Positions 27,024 to 38,734 of a stretch of DNA of 64,000 nt are shown here, piece by piece (the stretch's first letter is position 1; the number at the start of each line of letters is the position of its first letter). The position numbers and the translations under genes were made by a program. This DNA comes from a virus. Its lineage: Duplodnaviria; Caudoviricetes. A model generated the notes under the pieces. That model was not told where the DNA came from. It searched no databases and saw only the letters and a program-made list of their open reading frames with translations. The stretch covers positions 1 to 64,000 of IMG/VR virus record IMGVR_UViG_3300032233_003207; one strand, 5' to 3'.

Positions 27024-30000
27024 TCATCTAATATACTTTATAAATACCTTAGAATTAGCGGGTTTAAGCGCTTTTATTAATTTCTCTAAAGCTCTTTGAG
27101 CTGGGGCGCTACTATTAACTATACCAAAAGAATCCAAAATATTAACAGAAAAATCAAAAGATCCTGTATTTCGATTCTTTATAACTGCAAAGTCTGTATT
27201 TATGCCAGTTAATTGATTAAAATCTAACAAATAAGTCGTATATAAGTCAGAAGTGACCGGAAATACCATATCAATATTACTATTATAGTTAATATCAAGT
27301 GGATATCCATATGGAGCGTACATTTCTCTAGAAATATTACTAATTCTTAAATTATCTATTAAAGAATAGACTGAGCTTTGACCATTATATTGTGATCCAA
27401 CATACAATGTATTAATTGAATCTTTAAATTTTATATTTGGCTTTAAATTATAACCATCAGTATACATATTAATGATTGCTTGTGATGACATGCTGCTATC
27501 TGCAATTAATTCAATATTTGAATACTCATATCCATCTAAAAATAGTCTCATTTCATCATTACCAATACCGCCATTAATTTTATAGCTTGCTTTTACCCTG
27601 TGCCAAGTATTTTTTGACCATATAATAGGAGTTCTAACTAAATAGGTATTGCCGGATGAAACAATAGAAAAATTCATAAAGCTAGATTTGTCTTTATAAA
27701 TAGAAATTCTATCTCCCTGTAATCCTTTAGGGATATAGGATACAACAACTTGAGAATTTTGATAAGGAAGTTTTTTATTTAATCTAATTACTTGTGAATT
27801 TAATTTTGGATTATAATTTTCACTAGTTTTATAGGTTATAATTAAAGGTAAATTTCCTTGAGGTAAGGTTTTACCTAAATAAATAGTTTTTCTATCTGTG
27901 CTAATTTGTCCATCAGCAAAATAATCAGTGCCTATAATATCAGATGCAATCTGAACTTTTATTACTTGTAATATTTTTCTAGAAACATTAACTGCACCAT
28001 TAGAAATACTTATTGACTGCTCTCTAATAGCATCTTGAGTATCTATTTCAATACTACCGCCAGCAAAATAATCAATATTTGGATCTCCATTTTTTAATTT
28101 TATGCTTAAAATTTTACTTGCTGGATTTTTTAATTTTATAGAAACATTATTAGTGCTTACAGCTTCTTCTACTACTGCTCCAAAAGCATCAAAATAATAT
28201 CTTTCATTTAAATCATATCCAGTATCAAAAATTGGATTAACCCAAAATTCTATTGTAGCTTGTTTTTTAGTATCTAAGATGCCATCATTAGGAATGATTA
28301 GCGGATCATCTAGAAGGACTAAACTATTTCCAAAATTTTCATTTACAACTAAAGCAGATTGAAAATGTTTATTTAAATAATTTGTAGTTTTATAAAAATC
28401 TGCATCATTTGTAAAAGGATATGAATCAAAATTCATTAATACTAATGTATTATTATCTTTTGTTAATGGCTTTAGAGAATTAAAATCTTTAGTTATAGAT
28501 CTTTGATTTTGTGGAATACTTTCGCCTATTCTAGTATCAGTTAATTTTGTAGAATATATTTTAACTTGATCTAAAATTGAATTTATTTGACTTGAACCAT
28601 TAAAATCACTTCCTATAAACATAGGAGAATTAATTGAACTAATTTTTATTTGCAAATATGTTTGATATTCAATATCATAAAAGCCTTTAGATAGCAAATA
28701 TCCTTGACTTGGAAGATAGCTGGATTCAAAAATAAAGAATCCATTTTCAAAACCACTTCTAGAGTCGGTAACCTTTATTATTTGATAAATGCCATTACTA
28801 AAGCTAGATAATGGTAGAGTAAATGCTGGAACTGCAGAATCTAAAGTTAATGTTTTCCTGTCAAAAGATACATCTATTATTTTATAATATCCAGCTACTT
28901 CTGGAGGAGAATTAATTACTAAATAATTGCCGATTTCAGACCCATTAAATAATTTAGTATTATCAGTTACAGTATAACCATCATTAGAATATAGGTCTAT
29001 ACCTGAATTTGCTGTATAAGCATATTTTATTAATCCGAACAATGTACTAGATTCTGGCTGAGTAATAGAATACTTTTCTTTACATTCTAAAACGACTGCA
29101 TTTTTATTAATATCTATTGGTTTAACTGAAATCTTAACATAATTAGTTTTTAAATATTTATTTGTAAAATCTACAGTTCCATAATCACTAAATGTTATAG
29201 TTTCACTAACTGTATTAATTCCAACTAGACCTTCAATTGTTACAGTAACTGGAGAAGAGAAGTCAACATTATTTCCACTAATTGTTGCACTAATTGTTCT
29301 GCCATTTTCAGAGTTTGATGGTGGAAATACATCTAAATTATTAGAATCATATATTCCTCCAGATAAAGTTGCATTAGAACTATTTATTATGGTCGATGGT
29401 AAAATAATTTTTTTAATTGCAACATCGTCAAAAGAAATTGGAGCTGGCATTTTTGTTGTAATAATGTTACTTGTATTATTTGACCACATATAGTATTTGT
29501 GTTTTACTAATCTGTGATTTAAACCTAATGTATTAATAATTATTAAATCATTAGCAAATAAATTATTAGAAATTGTAATGTTATTATTACGATTTACATC
29601 TTTAAAAATAGAATATGATGGAAACAATGCTCTAGTGCCTGGTATTTCAATTGCAGTATTATTAGAATAAATTGTGAAATTAGCATTTGTTAATGATACT
29701 GGCAAATCATCTGTAATTGTTATAGAGTTTGATGAAACTCCAATAATATTATATGTTAATTCTAAAGAAGGGTCTTCAATTCTTATTAAATCACCAGCAG
29801 ATACACCTAGCATATCAAAATCTTTAGAAAGAGATGTTACAATATTTGTTCCAGAAACTGTAGTTAAATCTGAACCTAAAATAGCCGCAGGAACTCTACT
29901 AACAGCAATATTAGAAGAGATGTCAATATCTGAATTTACTACAAAAGAAGTCCTATTGACAGAATATCTGCCATTAGAAATAGTTAATGGCATTACACTA

Positions 30001-33000
30001 TTTAAAGTTAGTGTTTGACCATTTATTCCAGTAATAGTATATCCTGAAACATTAAAACCATCTTCATCAATAAAAATTTGATCACCAATAGAAATATTAT
30101 ATGCACTAAAATTTATAGAAGAAGTTACAGTATTAGTATTTATAGTAGTTTTTAAATCTATTGAACTTATAATATCTTTATTATTTAATCCTAATATTTC
30201 TTCTGAACTTATTGTTCTAAATTTTTGATGTAAATATGGCTGTAATTTTTGAGAGTATTTTATTATATTTGGTACTTCTAGTCCGTCAATAAATAGATGC
30301 ATTTCATCTTGGCAATCTCTATTATTTAATTTCCATGAAGCCGCAATATGATGTAATTCCCCAGATTTCCAATTAGATACATCTGCACTAATTGAATATG
30401 TATTTTTGTCTTTATCGAATACTTTAAAATTAAAGTAACCGGAAACATCTTTAAATAGAGATAATCTATTTATATTTTTTTCTTCTCCAAGATCTAAAAG
30501 ATAATGATCTATATCAGATAAAAATGTTATTGTTTGATCTAGTAATCCATTGCCTATAATAGAAAAATTAATTAAGCTATTTCCAGAAAAAATGTTTAAA
30601 TTAGCTGGCGTAGGTACTTCTAAACTTTTAGAATCATAAAATGATCCATTTGAACTTATTTTAAATTTATAGTTATAAGACAATCCATCAACATATCCAT
30701 CAATTACTTGAACATACCATCTATTAAAACTTCCAGAAATATCTTTATCATAATAAATAAATACTCCATCCTTATTAGTATTTGGAGATCCAGATAAAAT
30801 ATCTTTTTTATTTATTGTAAATTTTCTATTTTTTATAGTAGGATGGTATTCAGATGCTCCTATAAAAACTTTTTTGCTATCAATTAAATTGTTATTATAA
30901 TTAACTTCAAAAGTTAATGTTGCATCATTATCTAAACCATTCCATTCAGGCGATATCCAAGTTTCAAAAGTACCTTCTTCTAATCTTAAGTTAGATGATG
31001 CGGGTAAACTTATAGTTTGATTTTCTGAATTAATTAAAACACCATTATAATATTTTGCTGGCAACAAATTAAATTCACCTGTTGTTTTAACACTTGATGG
31101 ATTTAATACGCTAGATCCCAATGACCAATTTTCAAAAGCCGATTCAATAACTTGCGGCTCAATATGTGATATGGTTTTTCCAATATTTTTTATAGCACTT
31201 AAAGTTGGACCTTGAATAAATGAAGACATTGCTGCTGTCAATGAATCACGATATCTTTCTCTATCAAATGTCAAATCAACATTTGTTAATTCTGGTATAT
31301 TAACTAGATTGCCAAAGTTTTTTAATAAAGCATCTCTTAGAGCGCCTACTTTATAACTTGCATAGTATCCTGTATTTGCTGATACTGTTGTGCTAGATCT
31401 AAAATCAATTACGTTATCACCATATTCATAACTAACTAATATTTCATCTGAAAGATATGAATAATCAATAAATAAATCTCCTTTATTATAATCAACAATA
31501 ATTCTTGATAAATTTTCAATAGTAAAATTATAAATTACATTAACTAATTGTCCTGCAGCTGGCGCATTAACTCCTGATAAAATCAATTTAGCAGGCTCTC
31601 CAGGAACAATATAGCCTGAATTATCCCACAATTCAGCTGAGTCGCTTACTCTAATTACATTAAAATTAAAAGATATATTTGGTGATAAATATGTAATATT
31701 TTCATTTAATTTAATAAAATAATTAGTTCCATCAAATTCTATAGGATACAATACTTCTTTATAATAATTATTTACAGTAATATTAAAGTTATTTGGTTCA
31801 GAATAATTTGCAAAATTAATTGGATAATTATTATTTATTAAATCATCAAATTCAAAAAGACTTCTTACAAATTTAACTTGATTAGTTACACCTGGAACAA
31901 ATTGAGCATCAACAAAAGATCCTACTGAACCATTTAATATTTGATAAAAAGATTCTGTAACATTATTTAAAGAATCTTCATCTGAATATTGTAATTGATC
32001 TGGTATAACATATCCATCATTAAATGATATATAAGAAATTTGTTTATTTTTTATAGATAAAGGGTCTATTTGATAATAAACATCATCAACACTAATAATG
32101 TGTGGATTTATAAGCGATATTCTATCGCTTTTATAATTTATAGTGCCTATATTATTATCTTGTGTATTTGATACTGCGCAATAAATAATTCCATTAATAT
32201 AATCAATGCAATATTCTCCAATATCTTTTAAATTATCAATATTGGCTTCTACTAGCTGATTTTTATCAAACCATTTTTCTATAGCAAAAATATCAATTTT
32301 AGAAAAAGACACACTAGTATTTATAGATGATCCAAATGCATCTTCAGTTGCAGCGATAATATTATTATTCTTTAATAAAATTTTAAAGACTTTTAAAAAT
32401 GATGAGTTTGTAATAAAGCTATCAACAAATAATAATTCATTACTTACGTTATTAAAAGATACTTTTTCTGATTTTTTATTTTGAATATTTGGCGCATTAA
32501 AATATTTAATATAAATTTTATCAGAATCCCATCTATCAATTACATATATTTCACCAGTAGTTTCATTATATACTTGAAATACATTAGTTATTGGAGTATT
32601 CTTTACTTTAATTGCATTTAAAGCTACAATTCTATTTTCAATTCTTTCTGATAAAGCTTCTTTATGAACTTGAGCATCATAGTCAATTCCTGGTACTAAT
32701 ACTTGCTCATAATCAAATTCAATAAAGCCTGGATTATTAATTAAATTACCAATTGGCAATGCAACAATATCATAAGTTGTATTATCAAAAGTATAATCCT
32801 GATCTTGTTTGAATGTATATTTGTATTTATAAGTAGCTAATGGTGGATATGGTCCAGTACCATCATTTTTAAAATCTTCTCCATAGACATAAACAGTACC
32901 AGTACTATAATCAATTGAATATTGTCCTGGCATACTTGGCAAACCATTTAATCTAAATGGTATTTCATTTTTGAATGCAGGATGAATACCGTTTGGTGGC

Positions 33001-34154
33001 TGATTAGGATCAGTAAAAGTTATGCCTGCAAGATCTGGTATAGTCCCACTATTATTAACGATAGGGGCATGTTTTAAATTAAAAACATTAATAATTGGTG
33101 GCAAAACTTCTCTAATAGAATTGTAAAATGTATATGATGTAACAGAATCGGAACTAACAATTAATCCTAAATTTTTATATTCATATTCAATAGATACATT
33201 AATAATGTTGTTAATATCAAATAAAGGATCTGATATGATTTGATCATTTAATTTAATTTGATTATTATTTAATAATGGATAAGTAAACCCATACTCTTGA
33301 TCATATTTAGAATCAAAAATTTGATATCCTAAATTTTCAATATTATATTTATATATTGGTGTTGCAGAGTTTATTGTAAAAATTATGCTATTTACTTTAA
33401 TAATAGGTAATTTATTAACATTTAATATTAAATCATTTATATTAAATTTACCATTTTCATTAATACTATCTGGGGTTAATATTTCTGTATAGCTTTCTTT
33501 TTGTAAAGAAATAGGATAGAATGGGGCATAACTTAAAGTAAATTTTTTATGAGCAGAAGTGCCTGCTGGTGTTAATCCAACTCTTATTATTTCATAAGCG
33601 CCTTCTTCAGATAACCTATCATATGGTCCATCGCCTCTGACTATTCTTTCATCAACAATATTTGTAGATAAATAGTTTTCATTTTTTACTTGGCGTATAT
33701 CATATAAAGCTCTAGCTAAATTTTTAGATAAAGATCTAACATATGATCCAACAACAGTTGTATCGTCATCAATATTATATATATTATCTTTAAAATAATT
33801 TTTTAAATTTGACTGTATTGGATTTTCTGGTTCAATTGGAGCGATAAAATAATATTTATTATTAATTCCATCTTCTAATAGTTTAGACTCTCCATTTATA
33901 GAAATAAAAGGATATTTATTTGTTGATTTAAGCTCTAAATAATAACTTGCAAAACTAGAAAGCGGCAAAGATGTAATCTCTAAATCTTTTTTATTTACTG
34001 AAATAGAAATAGTTTGCGAATCTGGGACATTAATAGTGTTTGATTTAATTAAAACATTTGATACAGTTAAATTAGAAGTTAAATTATCAGTAAAAGATAC
34101 TGTAATTGATGTACTGCTATTAATTTTTACATTAACTATTCTTAAATTTTCCAT
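27024..34154 (-). CDS. Very large baseplate wedge-like protein with two LamG/concanavalin A-like modules
   Basis: A wedge-like segment ERYRDSLTAAMSSFIQGPTLSAIK, plus two sets of LamG motifs (GTFETWISP / WHxxAxSWK / LFIDG and ATIEFWVNP / WHRV / LFLDG / IDNLRIS). Confidence 0.7.
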   Translation of the reverse strand: MENLRIVNVKINSSTSITVSFTDNLTSNLTVSNVLIKSNTINVPDSQTISISVNKKDLEITSLPLSSFASYYLELKSTNKYPFISINGESKLLEDGINNKYYFIAPIEPENPIQSNLKNYFKDNIYNIDDDTTVVGSYVRSLSKNLARALYDIRQVKNENYLSTNIVDERIVRGDGPYDRLSEEGAYEIIRVGLTPAGTSAHKKFTLSYAPFYPISLQKESYTEILTPDSINENGKFNINDLILNVNKLPIIKVNSIIFTINSATPIYKYNIENLGYQIFDSKYDQEYGFTYPLLNNNQIKLNDQIISDPLFDINNIINVSIEYEYKNLGLIVSSDSVTSYTFYNSIREVLPPIINVFNLKHAPIVNNSGTIPDLAGITFTDPNQPPNGIHPAFKNEIPFRLNGLPSMPGQYSIDYSTGTVYVYGEDFKNDGTGPYPPLATYKYKYTFKQDQDYTFDNTTYDIVALPIGNLINNPGFIEFDYEQVLVPGIDYDAQVHKEALSERIENRIVALNAIKVKNTPITNVFQVYNETTGEIYVIDRWDSDKIYIKYFNAPNIQNKKSEKVSFNNVSNELLFVDSFITNSSFLKVFKILLKNNNIIAATEDAFGSSINTSVSFSKIDIFAIEKWFDKNQLVEANIDNLKDIGEYCIDYINGIIYCAVSNTQDNNIGTINYKSDRISLINPHIISVDDVYYQIDPLSIKNKQISYISFNDGYVIPDQLQYSDEDSLNNVTESFYQILNGSVGSFVDAQFVPGVTNQVKFVRSLFEFDDLINNNYPINFANYSEPNNFNITVNNYYKEVLYPIEFDGTNYFIKLNENITYLSPNISFNFNVIRVSDSAELWDNSGYIVPGEPAKLILSGVNAPAAGQLVNVIYNFTIENLSRIIVDYNKGDLFIDYSYLSDEILVSYEYGDNVIDFRSSTTVSANTGYYASYKVGALRDALLKNFGNLVNIPELTNVDLTFDRERYRDSLTAAMSSFIQGPTLSAIKNIGKTISHIEPQVIESAFENWSLGSSVLNPSSVKTTGEFNLLPAKYYNGVLINSENQTISLPASSNLRLEEGTFETWISPEWNGLDNDATLTFEVNYNNNLIDSKKVFIGASEYHPTIKNRKFTINKKDILSGSPNTNKDGVFIYYDKDISGSFNRWYVQVIDGYVDGLSYNYKFKISSNGSFYDSKSLEVPTPANLNIFSGNSLINFSIIGNGLLDQTITFLSDIDHYLLDLGEEKNINRLSLFKDVSGYFNFKVFDKDKNTYSISADVSNWKSGELHHIAASWKLNNRDCQDEMHLFIDGLEVPNIIKYSQKLQPYLHQKFRTISSEEILGLNNKDIISSIDLKTTINTNTVTSSINFSAYNISIGDQIFIDEDGFNVSGYTITGINGQTLTLNSVMPLTISNGRYSVNRTSFVVNSDIDISSNIAVSRVPAAILGSDLTTVSGTNIVTSLSKDFDMLGVSAGDLIRIEDPSLELTYNIIGVSSNSITITDDLPVSLTNANFTIYSNNTAIEIPGTRALFPSYSIFKDVNRNNNITISNNLFANDLIIINTLGLNHRLVKHKYYMWSNNTSNIITTKMPAPISFDDVAIKKIILPSTIINSSNATLSGGIYDSNNLDVFPPSNSENGRTISATISGNNVDFSSPVTVTIEGLVGINTVSETITFSDYGTVDFTNKYLKTNYVKISVKPIDINKNAVVLECKEKYSITQPESSTLFGLIKYAYTANSGIDLYSNDGYTVTDNTKLFNGSEIGNYLVINSPPEVAGYYKIIDVSFDRKTLTLDSAVPAFTLPLSSFSNGIYQIIKVTDSRSGFENGFFIFESSYLPSQGYLLSKGFYDIEYQTYLQIKISSINSPMFIGSDFNGSSQINSILDQVKIYSTKLTDTRIGESIPQNQRSITKDFNSLKPLTKDNNTLVLMNFDSYPFTNDADFYKTTNYLNKHFQSALVVNENFGNSLVLLDDPLIIPNDGILDTKKQATIEFWVNPIFDTGYDLNERYYFDAFGAVVEEAVSTNNVSIKLKNPASKILSIKLKNGDPNIDYFAGGSIEIDTQDAIREQSISISNGAVNVSRKILQVIKVQIASDIIGTDYFADGQISTDRKTIYLGKTLPQGNLPLIITYKTSENYNPKLNSQVIRLNKKLPYQNSQVVVSYIPKGLQGDRISIYKDKSSFMNFSIVSSGNTYLVRTPIIWSKNTWHRVKASYKINGGIGNDEMRLFLDGYEYSNIELIADSSMSSQAIINMYTDGYNLKPNIKFKDSINTLYVGSQYNGQSSVYSLIDNLRISNISREMYAPYGYPLDINYNSNIDMVFPVTSDLYTTYLLDFNQLTGINTDFAVIKNRNTGSFDFSVNILDSFGIVNSSAPAQRALEKLIKALKPANSKVFIKYIR

Positions 34155-37100
34155 TATCTAGTCTCTGTGTTTACAATTACGTTATTAGAAACAAAATATT
34201 CGTCTTTTTGTGCAGTTAAAGTTAAAACTTGACCTGTAACCCCTGTTTTATTTAAATAAACAACTCTAGCTCTAGCTACACCGCTAACACCTTGAGCTAT
34301 ATTTATTAATGTAATTTGATCTATAACAGCTGCAAGAGTATTTGAATTTAAAGCTGTAGATAGTTGATCTTTTACGCTTTGAATAACAGTATTAGATACT
34401 CCTAATGATGATTCTGATATAACTATATTCATAGTTAAATCAATTAATATTGGTTTTGCCTGGCGTACTAATACGTCGGCATTGATTGGTCTAGAGTTTT
34501 CTACATTAAATGTAACATCTGATATAATTTTATTATAGTTATATTCAATAGATATTCTTTCATTTGGTTTTGGAGCTAAATAGTCATAAAATACTGTATA
34601 TCTTGCCCCAATATTTGGTTGATTAATAGTATTGAATGTTAAACGAGATGATAGTGATGATTTAAATCCGCTATTAACAAATATTTTATTAAATAATATA
34701 AATTTTTTGTTACTATAAAGAGTGCCATTTTTAGTATATGATAAATTTTCAGAATCATTTTCTGTAGTGTAATAAAATGTTACCCTTAACCTGTCACCTA
34801 GTTTTGGTAAATTTTGAGAATCTGTTGTTGAAGTATTATTATTTGTAGATGGTAATACAAATTCTAAATTTTGTAATGAAGAATCTGCTATAAAATCTTC
34901 TAAATAAAATGAATTTTCTTGTAATTTAGTATTTTTTAAATCATATTCATTTAATATGCTTAATATTTCATCACTGCTATTATTAATAGTAGTAACTTTT
35001 TCTAATTTACTTATTCTTACAAGTTTTATATTAGATGGAATTGATGCGTTAGAGCTTAATCCTAAAGATTTTCTCACTGCTTCAGATAAGTTTAATTTTA
35101 AACCTGTATTAGTTGCTGTGAAAACAGCATTAGCTACTTTAGTAATAGAAGTGCCGCTTACTGTTATAGTTCCAGAATTAATTACTTGATCTGTTAAAAT
35201 TGAACTAATTCTAGGTGTAGATTGTTTTAAATTAATATATTCATAATATAAAATAAAAGCTAAATCATTTTCTTCAGCTAAAATATCTGATGGTAAAATT
35301 AATTGATTATTATCAATATCTATTAAACCATTGCTATTCCATATTTCTTTTCCGTCTAATAATCTAATAATACAAATTTGATTTTTATTAATAGAATTTA
35401 ATGAGTTATTTATTACTATAGTATTATTAGATAAATTATAACTTACAATATCATAAATACCATTATTAATACTACTGCTATCATATATTTTAATTTTTTT
35501 ATTATTTATATCTAATAAAGTTGAAAAATCTACTGACATGCTACCAATGATAGCAGAACTGCCATTTTCAACAATATATCCATCATTTACTGCAAATAAT
35601 TCAGAGTCTGTATTAGGCTCTAGTACTGAAAAAGATAATCCAGTTTGGCTTTCAAAATTATTTAATTTTATAAATAATTTTTGATTTAAACTATTTTTGT
35701 TAACCTGATCAATTCTATACTTAATCAATTTATTTTGATAAGTAAATGGCTGAAATCTAGATTTATCTGTAGCATAATAAATGGCTAAAACTTTATCTAA
35801 AGTAGTGGGTGAATTATAGCCACTTAAAATAAGCTGATAATTTCCATTATCTCCATTTATAATGGTTCCAGGATAATCTGAATTCCATAATTCATAACCA
35901 TCAGATAATCTAACTAAGGATAAAATCTGTGACTGATCTAAAGAATAATCTTGAGATGAAATATTTAAATCAATATAAAGTTGATTACTAGTGTTTAATT
36001 TTACACTTTGAAATTCTCTTTTTGAAATATTTGAAATATTAACATTATTAAATCCTAAATTATTTGATAGTAAATATCCATTTCCAGATCTACTAGCAGG
36101 TAATGAGGAAATAGCAGATGAATATAATTGATTTGTATTTGCTATATAAGATACTAATAATCCAACTGTGTTTGCAGTGCTATCAACTTGACTAGATGGA
36201 ATATTAATTTGTGTTCCAGAAGAATTTCCTACTGAATTATTTTGATGATAAACATCTTTTGAATTAAATCTTACTGTAAGCTTATCGCCAACATTAGCAG
36301 GAGTATCTATTGGTAAAACTATTGATGTACTATATACTAAATTTACTCCCACTACTTCTGAACTGTTAGTAAATGTTCCATCTTGTTGTGCCGTAAAATA
36401 TACTTCTGTATCTGAATGTTTTAATTTTACAGAATCAATAGTATCAATTATTGCTGGTAATCTTTCTAATTTTATAGATAATCTTCCAGTAAAAATACCA
36501 GATGTAACTATACTAACAATAGCATCTGCCTCTTCAAATTGATTTGCAGAAACTACTGTTGATATTGGGTGAATAGCATTTCCAACATAAAAATTATTAG
36601 TAGCATCTAGTTTAAATAAAATATATTCATTTTTAACTTTTGAAGAAAATCCCCAATCAATGCTATCTACTACATTTCTAATATTAGATGTATTTTTTAA
36701 ACCATCATAATCTGAATATTGATCATATTCAACAGTCCAATTATAATCTACTTGTAAAACATCTGTCTGTACAGGTAAAGTATTTCCTGAAATTTTAATT
36801 CTTCCAGAAGTATTTAGTCCTGATGTGCTGTCTAAATTTTGACTAACAACAATATATCTTTCACCAGTGTTGACATTAAATACTCTAGTAACATTACTTG
36901 CTGGAGTATGTAATAATTTAATTATAGATCTATCAGATGTAACTTCACTATCTTCATTAACTATAGGTATTATTTGTTGAGCCTTAGGTATTTCTAATAA
37001 GCCTGTAAAACTTGTAGGATCTTGTCCATTATTTTGACCTTTTACTCTTTCATCTTGAAATAATGAGATTCTATCTGAAACCCAGTGTATAGAATCAAAT

Positions 37101-38245
37101 CCCCAAGGAGACCCATTATATACTCCTGTATCTTTTAAGAGTTCATAATTTCCAGATATTCTACCGTAGGAATCAACAGTTTTTTCTGCAAAATTAGAAC
37201 CACTTATAGACCCTGTAATTTGTAATATTTTATTTACAGGCTGTTGTGGTAATTGATTATTTGCAATATTATCTATTCTTTTTCTATTAATTGTTTTATT
37301 TTCATCTCCAGCAATTTGACCCAATATAAAATCATTTTTTGAATCAGTTGGATCATTATTATTGCTTTTATCTTGATAGATAAATGAATCAGTATTTTGT
37401 TGTAAAAAATTACCTAATACTACAATATCTACTTTCCCACCAGTACCTTCATTAATAATTGTCTTTGAACCATCAGCATTAGTAATTGTTTCAGTTCCAT
37501 CTCTAGTCATTAATGGATCACCTGGCTCTATTACTGCTGCATCTATAACGCCTGTAGTAGCTAAAGCAATATTTTGATAACCTAAAACTGTACCTACACT
37601 AGAACCACTAAATGTTGATAATACACGACTTCTAAAAGATGCATCTGATTCTTGGTCAGTTCCACCAATAAAAGAGTTTATATTTGTTACATTAGATATT
37701 CCTGGAATATTTGTTCTTTTCAGTGTAAATTTTCCAATATTACCAACTGTCCCAGATGTAGAAGAAATTACTGTAACTTCAAATGCTAATGTGTCTGAAA
37801 TTCCAACTGAATATAATTCATTTCTATATTTGGCTGCAACTGATTTATAATAATTAATTGATGCTGGAAGTATAGAAACCCCATTGACAACACTAAAGGT
37901 CAATCCACTATTAGATGTAATAGTGTCTCCTTTATTAACATTTATAGGTGAATTTAAAGAAGAAAAGGTCAATAATGCTACGCCAGTAGATTTATTAGAT
38001 TGTTGTCGTGCAACTCCGAAATTTTTTGCTAATTTATCTAAATCAGTACCAGATACTAGTCTTAATGACTGTTTATTTGCTACTCCTGCCAATTCATCAT
38101 ACAATAATGCAATTTGACTAGCTGGAGCATCAATAAATAAATCTCTAGACACAGTTCCTGGTTTAGTATCTAAATCAGGCTGTGTAAGCTTAAAAAAATC
38201 TATTAAATTTAATATTATTTCATTGACGCTTCTAATAGAGACCAT
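34154..38245 (-). CDS. Baseplate J-like wedge protein with large insertions
   Basis: DLDTKPGTVSRDLFIDAPA, LDKLAKNFGVARQ, GGTDQESDASFRSRV, and a C-terminal VKDQLSTALNS..ITLINIAQGVSGV. Confidence 0.85.
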   Translation of the reverse strand: MVSIRSVNEIILNLIDFFKLTQPDLDTKPGTVSRDLFIDAPASQIALLYDELAGVANKQSLRLVSGTDLDKLAKNFGVARQQSNKSTGVALLTFSSLNSPINVNKGDTITSNSGLTFSVVNGVSILPASINYYKSVAAKYRNELYSVGISDTLAFEVTVISSTSGTVGNIGKFTLKRTNIPGISNVTNINSFIGGTDQESDASFRSRVLSTFSGSSVGTVLGYQNIALATTGVIDAAVIEPGDPLMTRDGTETITNADGSKTIINEGTGGKVDIVVLGNFLQQNTDSFIYQDKSNNNDPTDSKNDFILGQIAGDENKTINRKRIDNIANNQLPQQPVNKILQITGSISGSNFAEKTVDSYGRISGNYELLKDTGVYNGSPWGFDSIHWVSDRISLFQDERVKGQNNGQDPTSFTGLLEIPKAQQIIPIVNEDSEVTSDRSIIKLLHTPASNVTRVFNVNTGERYIVVSQNLDSTSGLNTSGRIKISGNTLPVQTDVLQVDYNWTVEYDQYSDYDGLKNTSNIRNVVDSIDWGFSSKVKNEYILFKLDATNNFYVGNAIHPISTVVSANQFEEADAIVSIVTSGIFTGRLSIKLERLPAIIDTIDSVKLKHSDTEVYFTAQQDGTFTNSSEVVGVNLVYSTSIVLPIDTPANVGDKLTVRFNSKDVYHQNNSVGNSSGTQINIPSSQVDSTANTVGLLVSYIANTNQLYSSAISSLPASRSGNGYLLSNNLGFNNVNISNISKREFQSVKLNTSNQLYIDLNISSQDYSLDQSQILSLVRLSDGYELWNSDYPGTIINGDNGNYQLILSGYNSPTTLDKVLAIYYATDKSRFQPFTYQNKLIKYRIDQVNKNSLNQKLFIKLNNFESQTGLSFSVLEPNTDSELFAVNDGYIVENGSSAIIGSMSVDFSTLLDINNKKIKIYDSSSINNGIYDIVSYNLSNNTIVINNSLNSINKNQICIIRLLDGKEIWNSNGLIDIDNNQLILPSDILAEENDLAFILYYEYINLKQSTPRISSILTDQVINSGTITVSGTSITKVANAVFTATNTGLKLNLSEAVRKSLGLSSNASIPSNIKLVRISKLEKVTTINNSSDEILSILNEYDLKNTKLQENSFYLEDFIADSSLQNLEFVLPSTNNNTSTTDSQNLPKLGDRLRVTFYYTTENDSENLSYTKNGTLYSNKKFILFNKIFVNSGFKSSLSSRLTFNTINQPNIGARYTVFYDYLAPKPNERISIEYNYNKIISDVTFNVENSRPINADVLVRQAKPILIDLTMNIVISESSLGVSNTVIQSVKDQLSTALNSNTLAAVIDQITLINIAQGVSGVARARVVYLNKTGVTGQVLTLTAQKDEYFVSNNVIVNTETR

Positions 38246-38270
38246 ATTTATTTCCTACATATATTATATA

Positions 38271-38702
38271 TTATAACGTAGATACTCTAAAAGCTGTTGT
38301 AATTGGCTTAAATCCTTTACTTACAGCTTTAATTTTTACTTCAAATAATCTTGGATCATTTGGGTTTCTTGTAACTAATATATCTAAAATTGCGCCAAGT
38401 TGTTCGTCAGCACTAACTCTTTGCAGACTTTTCATCTGTAAATCTTGTAATTTTTTTAAATTTTCTAAAGCAGAATTTAATTGTGATTTAGAAATTTGAA
38501 TTAAAACATTTGTATCTGTTGCACTTCCGACTATACTTCTTGACAAAAAAGAGCCATACCATGGATGTAATGGATTTGTTCCAGCTGTAGTTAAGCAAAG
38601 TTTTAATATATCTTGAATAAGTTTTTCGCTATCTACAACTTTCTTTAAATCACCATTATCAATGGCAATATCTCCTCTATTTATTTTGATATCGAACGAC
38701 AT
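38271..38702 (-). CDS. gp25/gpW-like baseplate wedge subunit
   Basis: GDLKKVVDSEKLIQDILKLCLTTAGTNPLHPWYGS pattern and position next to baseplate J. Confidence 0.8.
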   Translation of the reverse strand: MSFDIKINRGDIAIDNGDLKKVVDSEKLIQDILKLCLTTAGTNPLHPWYGSFLSRSIVGSATDTNVLIQISKSQLNSALENLKKLQDLQMKSLQRVSADEQLGAILDILVTRNPNDPRLFEVKIKAVSKGFKPITTAFRVSTL

Positions 38703-38734
38703 TTTTACCTTATATAATGTCGAATTATTAGATA

